A DNA stretch of 10,372 nucleotides from Fidelibacterota bacterium (GCA_046861645.1 JBHHUM010000076.1:1-10372), one strand, 5' to 3'; positions 1-7,797 are shown, counted from the stretch's first letter. The notes: generated by a model from the letters alone, not told the origin. Numbers and translations are program-made.

Positions 1-149
1 AAGCAGGCCAAGCATTAGAACGATAGTCTCTATCTGTAACCCGTATTGAGATTATTCGATATTTTATCTGTAACATGATGAAACGAAAGCAACTAGATTT
101 ACTAAATATAACTTTTCAGTCCTAATAATTCAAGGGCATCCACCTCACC

Positions 150-167
150 CAAAATCCGATATTGACA
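150..167 (+). repeat. Right terminal inverted repeat (IRR) of the IS1380-family element
   Basis: CAAAATCCGATATTGACA matches the reverse complement of 1790-1807 at 14/18 positions. Confidence 0.75.
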
Positions 168-387
168 GGCAAAACGGCTTACTTTTGGTTTGAGAGTTGT
201 TAGAAATCATATTTTCAGGAGATTGGGTATGTGTTTGGGTGGATTCAGAGATAATTGTCCGAACAGGATCTCGTGAACAAACCGATCTGCTGTAAATTAC
301 ACGCTTTTTCAACAGGTTTTTCAGGAACAGGGCGCACCTTTCCACCGGGTTCCATTTTTCACTGAAGTTTTCGGAGTAAGTAGCGTG

Positions 388-1713
388 TCATAACGCTTGT
401 TTCAAAAGCCATATACTTTCTCTTACACGTATGATGTCTCGTATTTCTTCCATCGTCTTGTTGATGTGTAAAAAACACTGATGCCCTGTATAGGTTACTT
501 TTGATACCATACGTAAAAACTTTCTGCGCAAAGTCAAAACCGTTCGATTCAACCACGATTTGGGAAGAACCATCATCTGCATCAGTTTTAGAAGATTGAA
601 GGTGAACATGCCAACCGTGTAATACATGGCATTGGCTTCAAATTGTCCACAGGGAACGTATCGTAAGGTCAGACCATATTTTGTGTCTTCGATATACCGT
701 TCACAGTTTCCTCGACCGTTATGATGCCACACTACTGCTTCTGCTGTTTTTCCATCGAACCCGCCTGTCGGGATATTGGCTATGATACAATAGTAACTGT
801 AGTCACCAAACAGATCGCCTTCTTCTTTCAACTCTCTTTGTACAACTAAACGAAAACTGTGCTGGGAATCGTTCATTGTATGAGTCGTTTCAGCTACCTC
901 GCGACCAGTCTTAAATCCATCAAGACGATCATGCAGCGGTGTCCATTCTTCCGGTGATATGGTGGAAATCGCTTCCTTTACACTCACATCCTGATCTGCT
1001 GTAATGGTGTAATAGATACCATTGTCATTACAGTATTCAGTTATCTTTACCTGATAGGCAGCACTGTCCGAACGAAAGTACTTTATCCGTTTACCTTCAG
1101 GTAATAATGTCTCTGTCTGTTGGATGGCCTCCAGGATGTCTGTCTGGGGTGAAGCTGACCCCTGACGAAACTTTACATAGGAGCAGATCGGTTCATCTCT
1201 ACCATCAGACAAAAAGCCCAGCATGGGATGGTAGGACCTCTCACCCTCGTAACTGTATGTGGCATCTCCCTTATTACTCTCGATAAGCGTTGAATCCACA
1301 TCCAGCACAAAATCTGTCTCCCTGCTGATATCTGCATAGCGACCAACCAAATAGTTGTTTATCTCTCTAACACTACTTTTACCGTCCTTAGAACCGACAC
1401 GACGCAGCCAATTGCCAACGGCATCACTTCCCGGCATATGCTTCATTTTGATAAGCGAACGAAAACCTTCATCACTGCTAAGCTCCTCTATCTCCTCTAA
1501 ATGATGACCGCCATCTGTAAAATGACATACCAGGGTACGAACATAATCAGCGGCTTTGATCCCACGTCCTGAACCAGGCAAGGCAAATACTTCATGCAAC
1601 TTCTTCGTAAATCCCAGTCCTGTCATGAACTCATCAACCAGTGCTAAACCACTACGATCGGTCAGTTCTTCCTTGGATTGCTTGACGAAAAAGGGTAAGA
1701 TTTTCCCGCGCAT
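388..1713 (-). CDS. IS1380-family DDE transposase (441 aa)
   Basis: N-terminal LTDRSGLALV motif; catalytic-triad-like motifs VLDVDST, FRSDSA and RGNCERYIEDTK; YHPMLGF and C-terminal QFEANA / TLRRKF motifs typical of IS1380 transposases; SD AGGAGGT 8 nt before the ATG; uninterrupted frame. Confidence 0.93.
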   Translation of the reverse strand: MRGKILPFFVKQSKEELTDRSGLALVDEFMTGLGFTKKLHEVFALPGSGRGIKAADYVRTLVCHFTDGGHHLEEIEELSSDEGFRSLIKMKHMPGSDAVGNWLRRVGSKDGKSSVREINNYLVGRYADISRETDFVLDVDSTLIESNKGDATYSYEGERSYHPMLGFLSDGRDEPICSYVKFRQGSASPQTDILEAIQQTETLLPEGKRIKYFRSDSAAYQVKITEYCNDNGIYYTITADQDVSVKEAISTISPEEWTPLHDRLDGFKTGREVAETTHTMNDSQHSFRLVVQRELKEEGDLFGDYSYYCIIANIPTGGFDGKTAEAVVWHHNGRGNCERYIEDTKYGLTLRYVPCGQFEANAMYYTVGMFTFNLLKLMQMMVLPKSWLNRTVLTLRRKFLRMVSKVTYTGHQCFLHINKTMEEIRDIIRVRESIWLLKQAL

Positions 1714-1721
1714 AAGACTTC

Positions 1722-1780
1722 ACCTCCTGAGTGATTTTTGTTGTTTCTTTAACTACCATAATTTAAATCACTTGGGAGGT
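1722..1780 (-). promoter_or_regulatory. Stem-loop sequestering the transposase ribosome-binding site
   Basis: On the minus strand ACCTCCCAAGTGATTT (1780-1765) pairs with AAATCACTCAGGAGGT (1737-1722) at 14/16; the second arm contains the SD AGGAGGT. Confidence 0.75.
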
Positions 1781-1789
1781 ACTTTTATA

Positions 1790-1807
1790 TATCAATGTCG
1801 GAATTAG
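1790..1807 (-). repeat. Left terminal inverted repeat (IRL) of the IS1380-family element
   Basis: CTAATTCCGACATTGATA on the minus strand, 14/18 to 150-167; contains the TAA stop of the upstream gene. Confidence 0.75.
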
Positions 1808-2520
1808 TGTGACACTTCTCTGGTTATTTCATCATGAGCATTTGGGTCTTTATGATGTTTGTGGGAAGTGGGAGAAGGTGTTGTCTTGGCAGCTCGATAG
1901 GCGCCCAGTATCTCGCCCCCGTAGAAAGCTAAAGCTGCGAATGAAAACAGTCCTCCCCGGATTTGGTGCCCTTTTTTCAAATGGGAATAGGCAAGTTTTG
2001 TGGATATGGAAAAGGTCAAGAAGCCGAAAATTCCATCCCAGATTCTTCCGGCATAAATTCTACCGCTACCCGGTATCAGGGATGAAAAAGCAGCTGCCAG
2101 AAATGGAGATTTTCCGTTATGTTGATCTGGTAGCGATTTTAACACTGGGTCAATCAATCGTCCGTCCTTGTAAAATGTTTCCTCACTGGTAAGGATTACC
2201 AACCTGTCACGCAGATGGTATTGATAGGCAGCGGGATTACACCGCACAATCCTGTCGGCTGCCATGATTGTTCCTTTAAATATTCCCTTTTCAGCAATGC
2301 TTTGTGCTGCATAATTACTGCAACTGGGATAGAACTGGCACTCCAGTAGAGGGGTACTGTAGCTGATCCGTTGCCATAAAGCAATGGGTGCGACCAATAC
2401 CTTTTCTGTTATAGAAGTTTTATTGGATGTCATAACCGTATCTGCAGGATGTTCTACCTGGGCGGCAAGAGATGACAAATAAGTAATTAATAAGACAAAG
2501 TTGTAGATGAGCTTAGACAT
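1804..2520 (-). CDS. YidD (membrane protein insertion efficiency factor)-like domain protein with N-terminal signal peptide and C-terminal TM2-like membrane domain (238 aa)
   Basis: CQFYPSCSNY...KG..KG..M..DRIVRCNP (Cys61, 67, 94) is the YidD/DUF37 signature; residues 1-20 are hydrophobic and end in SLA-A; KSPFLAAAFSSLIPGSGRIYAG followed by hydrophobic helices is a TM2-like motif. Confidence 0.85.
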   Translation of the reverse strand: MSKLIYNFVLLITYLSSLAAQVEHPADTVMTSNKTSITEKVLVAPIALWQRISYSTPLLECQFYPSCSNYAAQSIAEKGIFKGTIMAADRIVRCNPAAYQYHLRDRLVILTSEETFYKDGRLIDPVLKSLPDQHNGKSPFLAAAFSSLIPGSGRIYAGRIWDGIFGFLTFSISTKLAYSHLKKGHQIRGGLFSFAALAFYGGEILGAYRAAKTTPSPTSHKHHKDPNAHDEITREVSH

Positions 2521-2535
2521 AAACGAAAATTACCC

Positions 2536-2564
2536 TTGAAATCCTGCCACTTTCCACCCATATT
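2536..2564 (+). promoter_or_regulatory. Putative sigma70 promoter for the 580-aa gene
   Basis: TTGAAA-N17-CATATT ending 8 nt before ATG 2573, in a 52-bp divergent intergenic region. Confidence 0.45.
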
Positions 2565-2572
2565 TCTAAACA

Positions 2573-4315
2573 ATGAGATTGCCCTCAGCTATGAAGATGA
2601 TCACAGTGTTCATCCTGTTTGTGGTTCTTATATTATCTCCACAGTCAGCCTCAGCTGTAGAAATATACCTGCTTTATACTAACAATACAAATGGTGCGCT
2701 GGAGAACTGCCTTTGCCCGGGGAAGTCCTATGGTTCTCTTGAGAAGCGGATATTTTATTTCCGTCAATGGCTCGTGGAGCACCCTAATACCATTCTGGTC
2801 GATGCTGGAGATTTTCTATCCTCTACTCATAATAGTCTAAAAGATAGCATAGCCTTCCGTGGTTACGAGATGATGCCCTATGATGCTGTTGCCTTGGGTG
2901 ATCAGGAATTTTTTCGCGGTATTCCTTTTCTGAAGGCTCTGATGAATAGCTCCTCTCTACCATTCGTGGCGTCCAATCTGGTAGAACCTGAATTTCCCAA
3001 TTTAAAGACGGAGATTGTTGTTGTACGACAGGGAATTATGTTAGGTATCTTCTCGGTTCTAGATCCTGCCATTTTCAAATTCTATCCAAAAAGTGTTTCC
3101 TCTGCTTTAGATTTTAGTAATTTTGAGGAGATTATTGGCCAACAAGTAACGGCCTTAAAGGAAAGAGTGGATATCATTGTATTGCTTTCTCACTTGGGGA
3201 TAGAGAAAGACAGGGAACTGGCTGCGTCTGTAGATGGGATAGATATAATTGTGGGTAGTCATACACAATCCGTTCTGCTGGAACCAGAGTCAGTCAATAA
3301 TACGATCATAGTACAGGCGGGGAAGGATGGCTATTACGTAGGTGAACTTAAACTGACATTTGATGAAGAAAAAGTGTTGCAATCTTTCCATGGACGATTG
3401 GTGCCCATGGATATTACACTACCTAATGATCCTAAAATGGTGGAAATGATTATTGATTACAATCGTTTAAAGCGTCAAAGCCTGACTAGAAGGGTGCAGC
3501 GGATTGTATCTATACCGGCAGAATTTTTAGTTGCTTCTCCAGAATTGTGCGGGAACTGTCACCCCGATCAATGGCAACACTGGTTAACTACTGCCCACGC
3601 CGCTTCTTTCGAAACGTTGGAAAGCGAACATAAGTATAAAGCTCCGGATTGTTTGGCCTGTCATACATCTGGCTTTGGGCGTGATGATGGTTACTTGAAC
3701 TATAACATTACAGCAAGTTTGAAAACGGTTAATTGTACCGAATGTCATTATGTACCAGCTGATCACTTACTGGAATCTGGTCCTCACGAATTGGATACCA
3801 TAGAAGAAGAAACCTGTCTGCGATGTCATGACCAAACGAACAGTCCCTCGTTTGAGTTTGCTTCTTTTACGGAACGCATTCGTCACCCGTTATTCACGAA
3901 AAAGATCATACCAGAAGTGGTAGCAGCCGAGATTCCTCCAATGGAAACTCCCCATCACACACAGGAGACAGACCACGAGCCGACAGTTGAGAAAGAGCGA
4001 ATTTCTACGAGGGCAGCCTCTATTTCAGAGGGGACCCAAGATGAATCTAACATCACCGAGATTTCTGTAGTACCTGAAGGTGATTCCGCGGCTGGGAAGA
4101 AAGGTGACGAAATTTCAACACAGCCGGTTGTTATGTCGTATTTAACCCACATTGTGGTGGAGGGAGAAAGTCTCTGGAAATTGGCTGAGTTTTATCTGGG
4201 GGCAGGTAAGTTATGGTTGAATATCTACGAGCTTAATGAAAAGAAGATTGCAGACCCTGATCTCATTCGAGAAGGGCAAGTGCTAATAATCCCATTATTA
4301 CAGGAGGAGCAATAG
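2573..4315 (+). CDS. Exported UshA/5'-nucleotidase-like metallophosphoesterase domain + tetraheme cytochrome c (c554-like) + LysM fusion protein (580 aa; start could be ATG 2591)
   Basis: Signal peptide ending ASA|VE; calcineurin-like motifs (LLYTNNTNG, VDAGD, LGDQE, LLSHLG, GSHT, QAGKDG) with ENCLC insertion; four CxxCH motifs (CGNCH 3548, CLACH 3650, CTECH 3734, CLRCH 3815); acidic/Pro-rich linker; C-terminal LysM (HIVVEGESLWKLA...IYELN...DPDLIREGQVLIIP). Confidence 0.9.
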   Translation: MRLPSAMKMITVFILFVVLILSPQSASAVEIYLLYTNNTNGALENCLCPGKSYGSLEKRIFYFRQWLVEHPNTILVDAGDFLSSTHNSLKDSIAFRGYEMMPYDAVALGDQEFFRGIPFLKALMNSSSLPFVASNLVEPEFPNLKTEIVVVRQGIMLGIFSVLDPAIFKFYPKSVSSALDFSNFEEIIGQQVTALKERVDIIVLLSHLGIEKDRELAASVDGIDIIVGSHTQSVLLEPESVNNTIIVQAGKDGYYVGELKLTFDEEKVLQSFHGRLVPMDITLPNDPKMVEMIIDYNRLKRQSLTRRVQRIVSIPAEFLVASPELCGNCHPDQWQHWLTTAHAASFETLESEHKYKAPDCLACHTSGFGRDDGYLNYNITASLKTVNCTECHYVPADHLLESGPHELDTIEEETCLRCHDQTNSPSFEFASFTERIRHPLFTKKIIPEVVAAEIPPMETPHHTQETDHEPTVEKERISTRAASISEGTQDESNITEISVVPEGDSAAGKKGDEISTQPVVMSYLTHIVVEGESLWKLAEFYLGAGKLWLNIYELNEKKIADPDLIREGQVLIIPLLQEEQ

Positions 4316-4316
4316 T

Positions 4317-4586
4317 ATGGAATCTTTATTAGAACGGCTGACTGAAAACCCCATCCTATTGGGTATTGCCCTGGTGCTTGTAGCCATTATAGTATATGCC
4401 ATGACTAAACGGTTAGTTAAGGTGGTTTTGTTTCTCATCGTTCTCTTGGTAGTATATTTTGGATATCTTATAATGACTGGTCAGGAATTGCCTGAAGGAA
4501 TTAAGAGTGTTTATAACCAGGTACAACAGATTGTGGGAATGTTTAGTGACTTTTTGGGTACAAATAAGGATAAACTTGGAAGATAA
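4317..4586 (+). CDS. Small two-helix membrane protein of unknown function (89 aa)
   Basis: Starts 1 nt after the upstream stop, with SD AGGAGGAG; two long hydrophobic segments separated by KRLVK. Confidence 0.8.
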   Translation: MESLLERLTENPILLGIALVLVAIIVYAMTKRLVKVVLFLIVLLVVYFGYLIMTGQELPEGIKSVYNQVQQIVGMFSDFLGTNKDKLGR

Positions 4587-4620
4587 AAGGAGAATTTAAG
4601 CCGGAGGAGTGAATTTGCTC

Positions 4621-7600
4621 CTAAGCAATAGCTTCACGTAATCTCCTCGTTAAAACTCTCATAATACCCTGAACGATATCCATCCTTGAAGCCATAAGAT
4701 CAAAGAAATCTTCGCTGCTGATACGAAGTAGTACTGTTTCTTCCTGAGTCGTAGCTGAGGCTGATCGTGGTTCTTGATCTAAGATAGCCATTTCCCCGAC
4801 GAATTCTGCATTCCCTAGAGTAGCGATATGTTTCTCTTCCTTGTGGATATGTACTTTACCATCTACGATAATGAACATGGCATCACCCGGGTCACCATCC
4901 TTAAAAATAATCTCGTTGGGACTGAAATGAATGGTTTCGGCGATCTGGGCAATGTGGGCAACTTCTTCACCAGGGATATCCTCAAAAAGTTCAACACCTT
5001 TGAGGAAAATAGTTTTCTCAAGTGTAGTGTACATTGAATCATCCTCCCTTGATATTAAATTTATGTCTTTGAGGCCGTCAGGTCTCCACTCTGTACCTTT
5101 CTTAGCTAATATTTCCCAGTGCAGGGGGCTGTCTAATTCTCTTAACCATTGATCTGTAATTACTCCTTCCTCAGTAGCCGTCCTGGTTTGAAGAACGTAG
5201 TCAAACGCTACTGCTGACGGATAAATTCTGCTTCCAGAAAGCAATTCGGTAAGCCATGTGACAATAGATTTTGAGGTAATATTGTAGTATTTGGTACCTA
5301 CTTCGACTTTTTCTGCTACTGTGGTGTTATCAAGAAGCGATACTATTTTTTCCCGTAGATCCTTGGCCAGGACATTATCCAAATATTCAAGAACGTTAGC
5401 CATTGTTGTAGAACCGGGTGTTGTCACGGCGTGGGCAAAAGTGCTTATGGGTGCCTCTGGGTAGCTTAGTAACGCAAATCGTAAAGTGATGATTTTCATT
5501 TGTCTGACCTGATGGGCAAACAAGTCAGAGACTAATACAGCATCTGAATCTTCCTGGAAAAGAGTACATGCATATTCGAGTTCATAGGTTTGCCTGATAA
5601 TATCTTTCAGAAGAGTTTCTGACTTCACCAGATCTTCTTCTTTTAGTTCTCCACGCCTGGCAATTTTAGAGAGAGAAGTGGCTATGATTTCGCGGCAGCC
5701 TAAGGAAGTATTTGGCCAGGTATTCAACAGGATATTAACTGCATTAGGAGTGTCGAGATCACCAAGGCATCTTAGGGCAGAGCTTAGGGAGACATCATTC
5801 TGCTTTTTGCTTTCTATGAATTGGGAGAGGGCGGGTAAGACCTGTTCAGGGTCATGAAGACGGAGGGCCCGGCGGGCTGCCAGGGCAGTGGTTTTATACT
5901 GGAGATTACTGACCAGGTGAGGAATAGCACTATCGGTTGGTCGTTTAGCAATCAGGTCAACTGCCTTTCGACGTACCTCTGCGTCATTATCTGAAAATAA
6001 TTTTAGCAAAGTTTCTTCAGGTAAGACATTTGGTAGATGTCCAATGGTTAATAGGGCGGTAAGTCGTACTTTTGCCTCTGGATCAATGAACAGAGTATTC
6101 AGAATCTTAACGCCCTCCTCAAGGTCGTCTCCCCCTATGAGCTGTAATCCAGTTGCAGCTGCAGCTCTGATGGAAGGGTTATTAGTCTTAGTTAATTCTC
6201 TCATTAATGGTAAAGTTTCTGATAGTTTCCTATGACCACAGATCAATAAAGCGTCTGTAGTAAGTTCTCCCGCATCTTTTTGTACAAGATCAATGATAGT
6301 TTCGTTAGGGATGATATCAATGGTGTCTTTAGTGAGCTCCAATATTTTTTTCTGGATATCTGGAGGACCCTTTTTTAAAAGTTGCCTGAGATCGTTCTTC
6401 CAGGCTGTAAGGGGGAGACTTCTGAGAGTTTCCAAGGTAAACAGTTGTTGGTGTTCATTTCCTTCGATAAGAGTCTTGTGTAATATCTCTACAATAGCCG
6501 GGTCAGTGTAGTCGAATTCAAGTTCTTCGAAATCAAGACGTCTTTTTTCCACGGCTTTACGTAACTCTGAGAGATAACCTTTTTTTAGTTTGAAGTTAGC
6601 TATTATCCAAAGGATGAGTAGGATAATGGAGGGAATACTTAGTACTCGAACGTCACTGGAGAATGACATCAAACCCAGAATCAGGATTCCAGTTAATCCA
6701 CCAGCGAGATTCTTGATAGTTCCATCGATAAACGGTTTTGCCCGGCTTTTTTCCTGCGGTGAAACGGGGAGCCAGAGGAGTTGGCTGGAAACATCGTGTA
6801 GAGTGAATCTGAATATTTGATCACCGGCCTTGGCACCTACCGCTGTCGCCAGTACCGGAACCAGTAGGATAGCACTACTTCCAATCAGTAGTATACCGGG
6901 TAGAAACATTAGAGCCAATAGAACACCAAATCTGGAGAGAAATCTGCTGGTGAAGAAAAACTGGATCAGGATAGAGACTAGTCCAATAGATCCATAGAGT
7001 GACCCAAAGAGTGAAGACATCCCCGCTTCATCAACTTGTAGGCTGACGGTATCAGTAAATGAGGATAAGGTGATGATTTTCATCTGGTAATCTACCAGGG
7101 CTCCTACTACAGCTCCTGTGATAATGGTTAAGGTCATTACCTTAAGATAAGAGGAACTGAGGACACCATGCTTCTTCTTGTTGGATCTGTGTAGGGTTCT
7201 TCGAGTCGGTGTGGCAGATAGTCCTAAAAACTGCTTGTTGTAAAGAATCATAAGAAGACTTAATCCTATAAAGAGGGCTGTGGCCGGTAGAAGAAAATCT
7301 GTTGTCAGAAAATCAACCAACTTTCCCATGGAAAATCCCAGGGCGGTATTAGCTACTGCACCACCGCTGGCGATTACTCCAAAAAGTCGCTTAGCTTCTC
7401 TGGTGTCGAAGGCAGAGTTGGCGAAAAGCCAGAATTGAATCATCATGATGGTTCCGATAACTTCAAACCAAACATAGAGTACTGGATACATCCATTCGAA
7501 CAAGAAGAGTTGGATGAAGAGATAAGATATCGCTCCAAGGACAAAGGTCGTTATCATAAGCGGAAAAAAAGAAAAGCGTTTAGAGAGCTGGGCATGTATT

Positions 7601-7797
7601 GCAATTGTTATCGCGATGGCGATGGCAATAAGAATAAACATATAAGGGAGATATTTTGTAGGGAAACGGCTCAGGAAAAAAGTATCCCGGGCGGTCCTGC
7701 CAAACATTAAGGAGCCAATAAGAAAAAAGAAACAGAGGAAGAAAGAAAAGACACGTTTTCCCTCACCCGGTTGAATCTTTAGTAGTCTACTTACCAA
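4621..7797 (-). CDS. NTT/TLC (Npt1/Npt2-like) MFS transporter + HEAT repeats + cyclic-nucleotide-binding domain fusion (1058 aa, TTG start)
   Basis: About 12 TM segments in the first 405 aa with IQPGE, RTARDTFFL, QFWLFANSAFDTREAKRLFG, DYQMK and RAKPFID motifs of NTT-like proteins; HEAT-like repeats (DPEAKVRLTA, DNDAEVRRKA); C-terminal cNMP domain with IFKDGDPGD and phosphate-binding cassette GEMAILDQEPRSASA. Confidence 0.9.
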   Translation of the reverse strand: MVSRLLKIQPGEGKRVFSFFLCFFFLIGSLMFGRTARDTFFLSRFPTKYLPYMFILIAIAIAITIAIHAQLSKRFSFFPLMITTFVLGAISYLFIQLFLFEWMYPVLYVWFEVIGTIMMIQFWLFANSAFDTREAKRLFGVIASGGAVANTALGFSMGKLVDFLTTDFLLPATALFIGLSLLMILYNKQFLGLSATPTRRTLHRSNKKKHGVLSSSYLKVMTLTIITGAVVGALVDYQMKIITLSSFTDTVSLQVDEAGMSSLFGSLYGSIGLVSILIQFFFTSRFLSRFGVLLALMFLPGILLIGSSAILLVPVLATAVGAKAGDQIFRFTLHDVSSQLLWLPVSPQEKSRAKPFIDGTIKNLAGGLTGILILGLMSFSSDVRVLSIPSIILLILWIIANFKLKKGYLSELRKAVEKRRLDFEELEFDYTDPAIVEILHKTLIEGNEHQQLFTLETLRSLPLTAWKNDLRQLLKKGPPDIQKKILELTKDTIDIIPNETIIDLVQKDAGELTTDALLICGHRKLSETLPLMRELTKTNNPSIRAAAATGLQLIGGDDLEEGVKILNTLFIDPEAKVRLTALLTIGHLPNVLPEETLLKLFSDNDAEVRRKAVDLIAKRPTDSAIPHLVSNLQYKTTALAARRALRLHDPEQVLPALSQFIESKKQNDVSLSSALRCLGDLDTPNAVNILLNTWPNTSLGCREIIATSLSKIARRGELKEEDLVKSETLLKDIIRQTYELEYACTLFQEDSDAVLVSDLFAHQVRQMKIITLRFALLSYPEAPISTFAHAVTTPGSTTMANVLEYLDNVLAKDLREKIVSLLDNTTVAEKVEVGTKYYNITSKSIVTWLTELLSGSRIYPSAVAFDYVLQTRTATEEGVITDQWLRELDSPLHWEILAKKGTEWRPDGLKDINLISREDDSMYTTLEKTIFLKGVELFEDIPGEEVAHIAQIAETIHFSPNEIIFKDGDPGDAMFIIVDGKVHIHKEEKHIATLGNAEFVGEMAILDQEPRSASATTQEETVLLRISSEDFFDLMASRMDIVQGIMRVLTRRLREAIA
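5032..5050 (-). promoter_or_regulatory. Internal Shine-Dalgarno plus in-frame ATG at the start of the cNMP-binding domain
   Basis: Minus strand AAGGGAGG-atgattca-ATG; ATG at 5034-5032 is codon 922 of the 1058-aa ORF. Confidence 0.55.

Larger units (their letters stand above)
150..1807 (-). mobile_element. IS1380-family insertion sequence (about 1.66 kb)
   Basis: Single DDE transposase ORF flanked by imperfect terminal inverted repeats: + strand 150-167 CAAAATCCGATATTGACA vs minus strand 1807-1790 CTAATTCCGACATTGATA (14/18; extends to 18/23 if 145-149 and 1808-1812 are included). Size fits IS1380 elements. No clean target-site duplication, so the exact ends are uncertain by about 5 bp. Confidence 0.85.

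Noticed and set aside
113..123. 11-nt identity TTTTCAGTCCT with the tRNA-Phe anticodon arm (10300-10310), suggesting an att site bounding an island
   Set aside because: The match covers the 5' stem and loop rather than the tRNA 3' half expected at a displaced att site; there is no integrase in the window; an 11-mer match between a tRNA and 10 kb is plausible by chance
145..345. 66-aa ORF in the IS tail
   Set aside because: No recognisable motif, and it runs through the IRR; most likely an incidental frame in non-coding IS sequence
359..556. 65-aa alternate-frame ORF overlapping the transposase 3' end
   Set aside because: The transposase frame is intact and complete; no frameshift signal or motif identified
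1556..2384. ORFs 1556-1807(+), 1809-2192(+) and 2196-2384(-)
   Set aside because: Antisense or alternate-frame shadows of the transposase and YidD-fusion genes, with no protein-like motifs
3584..4152. Minus-strand ORFs 3584-3766 and 3955-4152
   Set aside because: Antisense shadows of the well-supported 580-aa gene
4605..4622. Small hairpin AGGAGTG-aatt-TGCTCCT between converging genes as a terminator
   Set aside because: Only five strong pairs plus G-U pairs and no U-tract on either strand
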